This document shows positions 26,640-34,292 of a stretch of DNA of 41,804 nt, piece after piece. A program made the position numbers and the translations under genes. Positions within the stretch are counted from its first letter, which is position 1. Each line of letters starts with the position of its first letter. The DNA is taken from the IMG/VR virus record IMGVR_UViG_3300044708_000143, positions 1 to 41,804 of that record, one strand, 5' to 3'. The notes beneath the pieces were generated by a model. It was not told the origin of the DNA and did not search any database. It was given only the letters and a program-made list of their open reading frames with translations. The stretch comes from a virus. Taxonomy: Duplodnaviria > Caudoviricetes.

Positions 26640-27349
26640 AGTGGCGCCTTCCTGTACCTATCCGCAAACTGCGCGTTTTCTTCTTCCTCAATCCGATGCT
26701 TCGCTGAATAGAATCTCGGCGGGACTCCTATTTTTGAACGCTGGCATTCTTGGATTGTTTCTTCCATGACTGCGGTTAGCCATTCGCCGTTGTGATGCCG
26801 GAATTTTCTGACCCAAACTTCTTGGAAGGCTTCTTGTCCGTAGGGTCCGAGGTCGGAACCGATGGCAGTGAATGCGGCGGTGGCGGCAGCGGTTTGCTCC
26901 TCCGCCTCAGGTGTTTCATTACTGCTCATACTAACGCTCTTATTGGATTGCCCGTTTTTGGTCTCAATATCGCCCGTTTTTGGTCGGACATAATGCCCGT
27001 TTTTGGGCGAATCGGATTGCCCGTTTTCGGGCGAAGTCTCGAAAGGAAGGCCAGCCTGTTTGAAGTTGAACTTCTTGGATTTTAGGACGCGCAAACGCAT
27101 GAGTTTGTAACTGGTATGTGTGACTTCGAGGTAGCCGCCAACCTTTAAGGTTTCCATCCAGCGGCGAAGTTTCCTTTGCGCGAAACCGGACCGCTTTGAG
27201 AGTTCTTCGTAGGTGAACGGCATGCCACCTAAAACAAGGCCTGTGCGCCTGGTCTGCCGCCACACGCACCACAGGTATAGCCAGACGGCACTGCCCATGA
27301 CTTGCTCGTGCTTTGGATCTACCAGTCCGCTCTGCGCGCCGATGTTCAT
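26636..27349 (-). CDS. Replication initiator (N-terminal wHTH, lambda O-like layout)
   Basis: AVWLYLWC..FTYEELSKRSG..LRRWMETLKVGGYL; central iteron array. Confidence 0.75.
   Translation of the reverse strand: MNIGAQSGLVDPKHEQVMGSAVWLYLWCVWRQTRRTGLVLGGMPFTYEELSKRSGFAQRKLRRWMETLKVGGYLEVTHTSYKLMRLRVLKSKKFNFKQAGLPFETSPENGQSDSPKNGHYVRPKTGDIETKNGQSNKSVSMSSNETPEAEEQTAAATAAFTAIGSDLGPYGQEAFQEVWVRKFRHHNGEWLTAVMEETIQECQRSKIGVPPRFYSAKHRIEEEENAQFADRYRKAPL
26945..27032. repeat. Iteron-like direct repeats, probable replication origin
   Basis: Four GCCCGTTTT cores at 26950, 26972, 26995 and 27019 (spacing 22, 23, 24 bp). Confidence 0.75.
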
Positions 27350-29052
27350 GGGAACAAGCTTTCTGCGGCCGTCACCGTGTTGCCGCTTTCTTGGATCAGT
27401 CGCGCGCGCCGAAGCTGCGACAAGTAGTCACTGAACGTGCCTCCGCTCGCGGCGTAGCCTGAACGCTCGCCAAGTTCCTCGCGCGTGATGTAGCCCGGAT
27501 AATTCTCAACAAGTACGTCGAGCATTTTCCCAACGCCAGCCTTGAACTTTGGCCGCCACATCGCCAGCAGTTCGTCTGTAGAACTTGGAAGTGGAGGAAT
27601 ATCACCGACGTTCTGCAGGCCTTCGTCGGTGATGTGGATGCCGTTCCCGTTTTCGGATATGAAGCCAGAGAGGCGCAGTTTGCTGAGGTAGTCGCTGAAG
27701 GTTCCGCCGGAAGGCGAGAAGCCAGCAAGCGCGCCTAACTGGTCTTTCGTGCGCGCTTCCGGGTGCCACTGCGCGAGGATGGTGAGCATCTTACGCGCGC
27801 CCGCTTTGAGCGGCGGCCCATCACCCAATCCAGCAGTGCTTTCCGCTCGGCTAGTGTGTATTCGACGCTGGCTAAGTACCCCTCGATGCGGCCGAGTGAC
27901 TTCTTGACTTGGCTGACGAACTTGGATTTTTTCATCAACTGCCTCCGGCGGCTTTAATTGGGAGAGGGTTTGCAGTTCTCGCGTAAGTCGCGAAATAAAT
28001 CGATCACGGTCACTGATTGCCTTGCGAAATGTTGCCAGCGAGGCCTGCACCGCACGATCTACAGACACCTTGACGTCTGGTGCCTTAGATTCTTTTGTGC
28101 CCGCCTGGGCGGCGCGCAACTGCTTCTGTAGCTCCTGTATGCGAGCTTGAAGCTTTTTGGGGTCCGTGGCCTCGGCTTCCTTGACCGCTGCTTCCAATTT
28201 CTTCGTAACATCGGCTAGGTCGACCTCTGCCCATCCTTTCAGTTTCACGTCGGGCCCGCGCTTTTGCGGTTTGAACGAGTCATAGGTATCGAACATCGGA
28301 AACTGAACGCGCTTCGGCCCAAATTCATATTCTGGCGAGTAGGCCCAAGCTTCGCCCCGGGCGAGCGAGGCCAGTGTGGCCAAAACCTCTTTTCCTTGCT
28401 CTGGATCTCCACAGGCATCGATCCAATCCTTTACCGCGTCGCGGTCGGATTTGTGGATGACGCGCATTGCGAGTAAGGTTTCGCAGGATGTTAGGAAGTC
28501 GTTGTGGACTTTTTGCGGTCGCTGACTGGCGGCGATCATTGAAATGCCCTTGCCAAGGCCTTCACTGGCTAAGCGGTTCGACCAATGCAGCATTTTCCCG
28601 GCGTTCGGGTCGAGTATCTTTCCCTTGGGCGCGAGATTATGGACTTCGTCGATAACGAGGTAGTGTCGGCCTTTGTGCGTGCGGAAGTATGTCGATGAGA
28701 AATCAATCCAGAATTGCGTGCGATCTCCGGGCATCCAGCCGCCGAGGTCAATAATCGCTGAGCGATTGCCCGTTGCCACGAGCTCAGCCACCGAGGCACC
28801 GCTGCGCGCATTCAGCGGTACGTCGCCATGCTCGCCGCCAAAGATGACGACCGGATAGCCAGCTTGTTTGCCGTCCGCGGAGGCTTTCAGGCCCCACCAG
28901 TCGCCCTTCGGATCAACGATGGTGACAGGCTCTTCTTTGTCGAGCAGGTATTCCACGAGCACGCGCATCGCAGAGGATTTGCCGCTGCGCGTCTTGCCAA
29001 GCACAATGATGTGCTGATCGAATGCGGCGACAGGAATTTGAATTTTGCTCAT
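27346..29052 (-). CDS. HerA/FtsK-like (DUF87) ATPase with two C-terminal winged-helix repeats
   Basis: Walker A GKTRSGKS, VDPKGDW, Walker B VIDEVH, ASQRP; GGTFSDYLSxLR occurs twice; probable start ATG 29052. Confidence 0.85.
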   Translation of the reverse strand: MSKIQIPVAAFDQHIIVLGKTRSGKSSAMRVLVEYLLDKEEPVTIVDPKGDWWGLKASADGKQAGYPVVIFGGEHGDVPLNARSGASVAELVATGNRSAIIDLGGWMPGDRTQFWIDFSSTYFRTHKGRHYLVIDEVHNLAPKGKILDPNAGKMLHWSNRLASEGLGKGISMIAASQRPQKVHNDFLTSCETLLAMRVIHKSDRDAVKDWIDACGDPEQGKEVLATLASLARGEAWAYSPEYEFGPKRVQFPMFDTYDSFKPQKRGPDVKLKGWAEVDLADVTKKLEAAVKEAEATDPKKLQARIQELQKQLRAAQAGTKESKAPDVKVSVDRAVQASLATFRKAISDRDRFISRLTRELQTLSQLKPPEAVDEKIQVRQPSQEVTRPHRGVLSQRRIHTSRAESTAGLGDGPPLKAGARKMLTILAQWHPEARTKDQLGALAGFSPSGGTFSDYLSKLRLSGFISENGNGIHITDEGLQNVGDIPPLPSSTDELLAMWRPKFKAGVGKMLDVLVENYPGYITREELGERSGYAASGGTFSDYLSQLRRARLIQESGNTVTAAESLFP

Positions 29053-29075
29053 CTTCCCTTTCCCAAAAACTCCTG

Positions 29076-29171
29076 CCGAGGCCTCGCCGGGCACAATGTC
29101 CAGTTGTTTCAGCGAGGCCTCGGGCTAGTCGGCTGGTTTGGAGTGGGGTGCGCGGGGCTGCCACCAGCCGA
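29076..29171 (-). other. Twin-hairpin intergenic element A
   Basis: Inverted repeats 29129-29137/29163-29171 and 29076-29087/29112-29123. Confidence 0.65.
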
Positions 29172-29177
29172 ATCCTG

Positions 29178-29573
29178 TTAAGCGCTTGCGGCCGCTCCAT
29201 TTGCGGGCGATTCGCTTTCCTTCGGATCGAACGGTAACTGCTCTTGCATCTCAGTAGTCGTCATGGCGCACTCTTCGACGATTTCGCCGGTATCCTTGCG
29301 GACGATCTGTTTCCATCCAGTGTTCGGCTTATGGAATTCAACCGCGCAATCGATGTTTCGATATTCGTGGCGATTGGAGATATTCCGCGCCAGCTTGTTG
29401 ATCTCCGACTTGCGCGCCTCAATCTGGGCAGCGAAGCCGGTCATCGCTTCTTTCTTCGCCAGTTCCAGGGACGCAATGTCCTGCACTTCACGAGCCAGCG
29501 ACTTGGAAAACTCCGTCAGTTCGGTTTGGGAAAACTCGTACCGCAGAAACTTCTTCACTTCTTTTTCCTGCAT
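29178..29573 (-). CDS. Hypothetical coiled-coil phage protein
   Basis: 131 aa; heptad pattern, then IVRKDTGEIV..EMQEQLPF; RBS present. Confidence 0.75.
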   Translation of the reverse strand: MQEKEVKKFLRYEFSQTELTEFSKSLAREVQDIASLELAKKEAMTGFAAQIEARKSEINKLARNISNRHEYRNIDCAVEFHKPNTGWKQIVRKDTGEIVEECAMTTTEMQEQLPFDPKESESPANGAAASA

Positions 29574-29604
29574 GAGCCATCACCTTCCTTTCGTTTTCAA
29601 AGAT

Positions 29605-29679
29605 TGCAGCGGAGCGACCCAGCGCGGGCACTCCGCTGCATCTCCGACCAATGAGTAGGGGTGCTACCTCTTGGCCGGA
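29605..29679 (-). other. Twin-hairpin intergenic element B
   Basis: Inverted repeats 29643-29651/29671-29679 and 29605-29616/29629-29640. Confidence 0.65.
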
Positions 29680-29686
29680 AACTCGT

Positions 29687-29911
29687 TTAGGCTCCTGCGA
29701 CCCGCCGATCTTCAGCGCGACCGCTAGAACCTTCCTTGCGCAACTCGATGCGAAGCAAAGTCGCTTCGACATACTTCAGGCCTGGGTAAAACAACACCTC
29801 GTCCTTCACGAAGTGGCGTGAGCCGTGCGCAATGATGTCTGGAGCCTCGAACGGTATTTCCACGTGATCGACGTTTTCGCCTTGCCTGCCGAGAAGTTCA
29901 ACGCGCTGCAT
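29687..29911 (-). CDS. Hypothetical protein
   Basis: AAGGAG RBS; 74 aa. Confidence 0.68.
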   Translation of the reverse strand: MQRVELLGRQGENVDHVEIPFEAPDIIAHGSRHFVKDEVLFYPGLKYVEATLLRIELRKEGSSGRAEDRRVAGA

Positions 29912-30042
29912 TTTGTGTCTCCTTTCGTAGTTCGAAAGCCGGTAATTCCTTCAGTGCGGCCATGGCGCAAGGGTGGAACGGAAAGCAAGCTGGGCAGAGC
30001 GTTTCCTGGCACCGCGCGCAAATCGTCCTCCGCTTGTGAGGC

Positions 30043-31107
30043 TTACCGCATTTGCTGCAAAGCGGCTTCATTTATTCGCCTTCCGATCCATTCCGCGATT
30101 TGCGGGACGATGGCGTTGCCGAGTCCTCTAAGGCGGTCCACTCTAGCGGGTACCCCATGAGCCACTCGACCCACGTTGGGTTCAACTGCCCACCAATCTG
30201 ATCGTTCAAGTTCTTGGTTCGCTTTGGGTCCGAGAATCGTTTGCACTGCCCGCTGCGGAAGTCTCTCGCTTGCGGAGTCGTAAATTTCTCCACGTTCATC
30301 ACTACATCTTCCAGCCTGCAATCCGAGTCGGGACGGCCTGCTTTCCCGTTCGCCATTGCGGCGCTCGCCCGAGGAGTCGGCCAATATCGCGCTGCCGTCG
30401 CTAGGTGCGTCACTTTCTCGATTGGTCTGCCGCTTGTCCTCGGAAAAGCAAAGTCCGCATCGCCCGCTTTCGGTGTCGGCCACATCTTCACGGCCGCGTG
30501 GAGCGAGTCCACTGCTCCTGGATGATTCCCTTTGCACTGTGAGTCCTCGGCCGTTGGTGTTGGCCAAAAGTGAATCGCTCCAGTCAGATGCCCTTTGTCC
30601 GTCATGCCTGGATGCTCCCCGTAAATCGCTCGCGGGGTAGGCAACAATCCAAATTCGTTCTCTTCTGTGCGGCGCGCCAACGTCGGAAGCTCGTATGCTT
30701 TGCCACTCCGCGTCATACCCGATCGCGGCCAGGTCTCCGAGAACTCGCTCCATTCCCCGTCCAAGCAGAGCTGCGACGTTCTCCACGACGACGTAGCGGG
30801 GTCGTAGTTCGCAAATGATTCGCGCATATTCGGACCACAAGCCGCTGCGCTCTCCGTCAATCCCGGCTCGCTTTCCGGCGTTGCTGATGTCCTGGCAGGG
30901 GAATCCTCCGCTGATGATGTCGACGGCGGGCAGATTGTGTGCTCCGCATTCTCGGATGTCGCTGAATCGCTGCGCTGTTGGGAAATGGCGTTCAAGCACT
31001 CGTCGGCAATACGAATCAATCTCGACCTGCCAGACCGTTTCGATTCCCGCTCTTTGAAAGCCGAGATCGAAGCCGCCAATACCTGAAAAGAGTGACCCAT
31101 GTTTCAA
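30043..31107 (-). CDS. C5 DNA cytosine methyltransferase, alpha-type chain (motifs I-VIII and X)
   Basis: SLFSGIGG (I), GGFPCQD (IV), VENV (VI), HRRERIW (VIII), LGNAIVP (X); no motif IX in this frame. Confidence 0.93.
   Translation of the reverse strand: MKHGSLFSGIGGFDLGFQRAGIETVWQVEIDSYCRRVLERHFPTAQRFSDIRECGAHNLPAVDIISGGFPCQDISNAGKRAGIDGERSGLWSEYARIICELRPRYVVVENVAALLGRGMERVLGDLAAIGYDAEWQSIRASDVGAPHRRERIWIVAYPASDLRGASRHDGQRASDWSDSLLANTNGRGLTVQRESSRSSGLAPRGREDVADTESGRCGLCFSEDKRQTNRESDAPSDGSAILADSSGERRNGERESRPSRLGLQAGRCSDERGEIYDSASERLPQRAVQTILGPKANQELERSDWWAVEPNVGRVAHGVPARVDRLRGLGNAIVPQIAEWIGRRINEAALQQMR
30072..31100 (-). CDS. Nested alternative-frame methyltransferase partner chain (PTP repeats and motif IX-like block); true start uncertain
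   Basis: 342-codon same-strand overlapping ORF with five (L/W/F)(P/T)TPxA units and LNPTWVEWLMGYPLEWT. Confidence 0.75.
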   Translation of the reverse strand: MGHSFQVLAASISAFKERESKRSGRSRLIRIADECLNAISQQRSDSATSENAEHTICPPSTSSAEDSPARTSATPESEPGLTESAAACGPNMRESFANYDPATSSWRTSQLCLDGEWSEFSETWPRSGMTRSGKAYELPTLARRTEENEFGLLPTPRAIYGEHPGMTDKGHLTGAIHFWPTPTAEDSQCKGNHPGAVDSLHAAVKMWPTPKAGDADFAFPRTSGRPIEKVTHLATAARYWPTPRASAAMANGKAGRPDSDCRLEDVVMNVEKFTTPQARDFRSGQCKRFSDPKRTKNLNDQIGGQLNPTWVEWLMGYPLEWTALEDSATPSSRKSRNGSEGE

Positions 31108-31110
31108 CTC

Positions 31111-31242
31111 TTATCTCCCGTCACCATGCAGAACCATCCTCAAGCGATAGGCCAGGCAAAACATGCTGAGACCGAAGATGAAGTAACGCTGCTCAAGCCA
31201 TGAAACGATGGCCAGGACAGCCCACAGAAAAACAACGAGCAT
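31111..31242 (-). CDS. Small membrane protein (43 aa)
   Basis: G-rich RBS; two hydrophobic segments. Confidence 0.55.
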   Translation of the reverse strand: MLVVFLWAVLAIVSWLEQRYFIFGLSMFCLAYRLRMVLHGDGR

Positions 31243-31244
31243 CG

Positions 31245-31406
31245 CTACCCCCCAACCAATTCCACGACCATCGCCACAATTCCAAAAATCATCAGCGCGA
31301 TCCCGCAAGCCATTACGTTGAATAGAATCGGCGCACGCTGGTGGAACTCCTGCAGCCATCGGTCGATGCGAAAAATCTGCTCTTGGCGCTCGCGGCGGTT
31401 GCACAT
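31245..31406 (-). CDS. Small membrane protein (53 aa)
   Basis: Starts 5 nt after the recT stop; C-terminal transmembrane segment. Confidence 0.55.
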   Translation of the reverse strand: MCNRRERQEQIFRIDRWLQEFHQRAPILFNVMACGIALMIFGIVAMVVELVGG

Positions 31407-31410
31407 CGGC

Positions 31411-32508
31411 TTAAAATGGCAATCCTGGCTCTTCGCCGGATTCTTGAGTTGGAGGCAATTCGCCGATAGGCTTTCCGTTATCGTCAACTTCGGTGACAGG
31501 GATTTTCTTCGCCTCGCAGACTTTCAGCAGTTCGTGCGTGCGGCCCGCTGGCATCGTCCAGATACGCGCTTTGCCCTCCCACTTGGCACCCACGGCCGGC
31601 AGATCATCTTTCAGCGTGCGCGTGTCGCCAGTGACTACAGTCAGGGCCTTGCCAACCTGGACGAAGATTCCAGATGGCGAAGGTGTCTTCGGTTCTTCCG
31701 CCAGGGGACGTCCTTCCTCCGATCGCACTTGATCAACGGTCTTTGTCAGCTTCACCGCCGCGTGCAGTTGTGAATCGGCTTCCAGTTGCAAGGCTCCGGT
31801 GGGCTCAGGCTCGATCTCATTGGCGGCGTCGCGTTCAACTGCCTCGGCTAGAGCCTCAAGCCCTGCGTTGGTCAGAGGGACACGCTTCCAAAGGTTCCGG
31901 ATGGGCGTCTTGCGATAGCCTTCCTCTTTGAACTTCGTCCACATGAGGGAATTTGGTGCTTTTGAGTGGTTGCGGCGCCGCTCGATTTGCTCCGTCGTCA
32001 TGTACTCCCAATCGACCGAGCCATCGTTGAACTCGATAAAGGCGTAAGCGCCGATAATCTCGCCGCGATCGCCGTCCGCCGGTGAATGGAACAAATTCCG
32101 CTTCGGCGCGAATTGCCGAGTGAAGTTGTCATTCTTGTAGACGCATTCCGCAAACAAACTGCGCACGGCGTTCGTCTCGTAGGCTTTCTGAATCAGGCCG
32201 CGATAGCTGACCTGGAACGTGCAAACCTTTGCGTAAGGCACCAGAAAGCCTAAGGCCAAAGCAGGGCTGAGGTTAATGCCTAGTTCGGCCGCTTCGTACG
32301 CTGCGAGCAAGACGCTACTCGGCTCGCATTCGAGCAATGCAGGATTTTTTTGGATGGCTGTTGCCACGCCAAACATGAACTTCTCTGGCGTCATACCGTT
32401 CGGCAAATCCTTCGCCAATCGCCCTGCAAACTGCGGGAGCGCCTTTTCCACCGCGGCCAGCACTGCTGGCTTTTGACGCGTCGTTATTTCAGTCGTTGCC
32501 GTTGCCAT
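31411..32508 (-). CDS. recT: RecT family single-strand annealing recombinase
   Basis: KNPALLECEPSSV..AAELG..G..FLVPY..FQVSYRGLIQ..VYKNDNF..KTPIR..KRVP; AAGGAG RBS before ATG 32508. Confidence 0.9.
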   Translation of the reverse strand: MATATTEITTRQKPAVLAAVEKALPQFAGRLAKDLPNGMTPEKFMFGVATAIQKNPALLECEPSSVLLAAYEAAELGINLSPALALGFLVPYAKVCTFQVSYRGLIQKAYETNAVRSLFAECVYKNDNFTRQFAPKRNLFHSPADGDRGEIIGAYAFIEFNDGSVDWEYMTTEQIERRRNHSKAPNSLMWTKFKEEGYRKTPIRNLWKRVPLTNAGLEALAEAVERDAANEIEPEPTGALQLEADSQLHAAVKLTKTVDQVRSEEGRPLAEEPKTPSPSGIFVQVGKALTVVTGDTRTLKDDLPAVGAKWEGKARIWTMPAGRTHELLKVCEAKKIPVTEVDDNGKPIGELPPTQESGEEPGLPF

Positions 32509-32612
32509 TTCATTCTCCTTCGCAAATCTCGCTACGAAATCCTCGCTATCGCGTTTTACGGCCTTCAATTCCTCAAGGTATGCGCCGATCGTGTGGCACA
32601 ACGCGAATACGT

Positions 32613-33155
32613 TCACTTCACTTCCAACCTCGTCCCTTGCACAAGTTCGGCACCGGGAACTTCCTTCCCCTCTTGTAGCGCTTCCTTGATTGCGGACTTG
32701 TTGAATTGGGGCGTGTACGAAATAAACTCTGCCGGGATTTCGGCTTCGTTTGTGACGTCTACTCGCGGAGGGTTTTTCTTGACCGTAAAGGTGAAGCGCT
32801 GCCCTTCGGCTTTCACCACGCCCCACTCTTTCATCTGGCTATGGATTGAATCGCGGAAGCATTCGCCGATACGCTGAAACTGCCGCCGCCGCGCAGCGAT
32901 GCGCTTTTCTTCCTTTTCGAGAAGTTCGGCTTCCAGTTCCAGACGTTCAAGGAACGCGCCGAGCCGGTCGCGCTTCTCGATAGATTTCTTGATAGCTTCG
33001 CCTAGCGAAGCCTGCTGTTCTTCCGAAAGCGCGTTCTGCTCGATGATCGAGTTAAAGAACTCGTCAAAGTTTTCTATCGCAACTTCGCGTAGGCTGAACG
33101 GGCCTGACTGCAAAACTTCAATTGCGTCCGGCTTCGGATCTACTTTCGTTTCCAT
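32613..33155 (-). CDS. Siphovirus Gp157 family protein
   Basis: EEKRIAARRR, FTFTVKKNPPRV, IPAEF, KSAIKEALQEGKEVPGAEL. Start ATG 33155, or the in-frame ATG 33236. Confidence 0.88.
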   Translation of the reverse strand: METKVDPKPDAIEVLQSGPFSLREVAIENFDEFFNSIIEQNALSEEQQASLGEAIKKSIEKRDRLGAFLERLELEAELLEKEEKRIAARRRQFQRIGECFRDSIHSQMKEWGVVKAEGQRFTFTVKKNPPRVDVTNEAEIPAEFISYTPQFNKSAIKEALQEGKEVPGAELVQGTRLEVK

Positions 33156-33241
33156 ACCGCACCCCTTTTTAGCTGCTTCACGCGCTGCCTTCGCGGCGCT
33201 GGCCTTGCACACCGAGCAAACTTGCGGGTCGTGCATTCGCT

Positions 33242-33481
33242 TTACCTTAAAATCGAAATCACCGCTGCGACCAGCAGAGACACGGCAGCAATCGCGAACA
33301 ATGCCGAGCGAACCATGCTTTTTGAAACGTGGGTCATGCGCTCTTCGGCGACGATAAGACGGCCTTCGCCGTGGCACTTCCAGCAGAGCACGCCGTCCTG
33401 GAACATCCTGCCGTGGCAGGAATCGCAAACTACCGTGAAGTACGTTTGCCTGAGGCTTTGGCGAAGGGCTTCGGGTGTCAT
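33242..33481 (-). CDS. DnaJ-type zinc-finger protein with a C-terminal TM segment
   Basis: CDSCHG and CWKCHGEG; hydrophobic C-terminus; ATGA overlap. Confidence 0.65.
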   Translation of the reverse strand: MTPEALRQSLRQTYFTVVCDSCHGRMFQDGVLCWKCHGEGRLIVAEERMTHVSKSMVRSALFAIAAVSLLVAAVISILR

Positions 33482-33642
33482 GGCCGTATACCTCGCTTCC
33501 CCTGCACCGGCGCAACGATCCGATGCCTTGGGCACCGTTCGCCGTTCGGAGTGCGCCAAAGGCAGCGCGGATGAGGGCAATAGCGCTCTGGATGCCGGAG
33601 TTTGTTTTCAGCCACTCGCGCGGCTATCTGGGCGTGTGTCAT
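33478..33642 (-). CDS. Small Cys/His protein
   Basis: CPHPRC..CPRH; ATGA overlaps on both sides. Confidence 0.62.
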   Translation of the reverse strand: MTHAQIAARVAENKLRHPERYCPHPRCLWRTPNGERCPRHRIVAPVQGKRGIRP

Positions 33643-34169
33643 GCGGCCACGTCCTTCTTTTTTGCCCACAGCAGTCGCGAGACTTTGGCGATATGCTCGA
33701 TGTGAAGTTTGTAGATTTCAATATCGAGGGCCGAATAGCCTTCGTCTTCGCCGATTTCTTCGGCGCGCTTCTGCCACTCTTCAATTGAGTAGGTTTGGCA
33801 ACCAATACTGAGATCGCCATCGAGGGTGGTTGAGAGCCAGTGCCGGTGGCCTTGAATCTGGATTGGAAACTTTCCATCGCCCAGGTTCGCGCCGTACAGG
33901 TTCGCGCCGTACAGGTTCGCGCCGTACAGGTCCGCGCCGCGCAGGTCCGCGCCGCGCAGGTCCGCGCCGCGCAGGTTCGCGCCGTACAGGTCCGCGCCGC
34001 GCAGGTCCGCGCCGTACAGGTCCGCGCCGCGCAGGTCCGCGCCGTACAGGTTCGCGCCGTACAGGTCCGCGCCGCTTTTGACAGCAGCTTCGACAGCCAA
34101 TTTTAGGCGGTCGGTTTCCAGTGAGAAGAGAACGGCGGCCCCGAAACGCGATTTGATTTCGATTTTCAC
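33639..34169 (-). CDS. Pentapeptide repeat protein
   Basis: [15 protein letters not shown] leader, 13 GA(D/N)L(Y/R) units, then IGCQ..IEEW. Confidence 0.92.
   Translation of the reverse strand: MKIEIKSRFGAAVLFSLETDRLKLAVEAAVKSGADLYGANLYGADLRGADLYGADLRGADLYGANLRGADLRGADLRGADLYGANLYGANLYGANLGDGKFPIQIQGHRHWLSTTLDGDLSIGCQTYSIEEWQKRAEEIGEDEGYSALDIEIYKLHIEHIAKVSRLLWAKKKDVAA
33879..34073. repeat. 15-bp coding tandem repeat, 13 units
   Basis: Minus strand GGCGCG(G/A)ACCTG(TAC/CGC) units; the last unit ends GGC. Confidence 0.93.
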
Positions 34170-34282
34170 GATCCCGCCTTTGCCTGCACGGCCAGCTTTA
34201 TCGCAGCAAAGACGCCGACGACGGCCAGGACTTCAAGGATTTGCCAAACGATTTGCGCAACTTCTGGAGAAACGATTTGCAT
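34166..34282 (-). CDS. 38-aa single-TM microprotein (below the track cutoff)
   Basis: My translation: [38 protein letters not shown]; AAGGGG RBS; its stop overlaps the next GTG. Confidence 0.68.
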   Translation of the reverse strand: MQIVSPEVAQIVWQILEVLAVVGVFAAIKLAVQAKAGS

Positions 34283-34292
34283 AAAGCACCCC

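Noticed and set aside
29914-30042. Third copy of the twin-hairpin element
   Set aside because: It has weak pairing potential and a CCACCC stretch but lacks GCACCCC(T)ACTC and the two clear stems.
33879-34073. Possible CRISPR array or DGR repeat
   Set aside because: Contiguous 15-bp coding repeats with no spacers; no cas or reverse transcriptase gene in the window.
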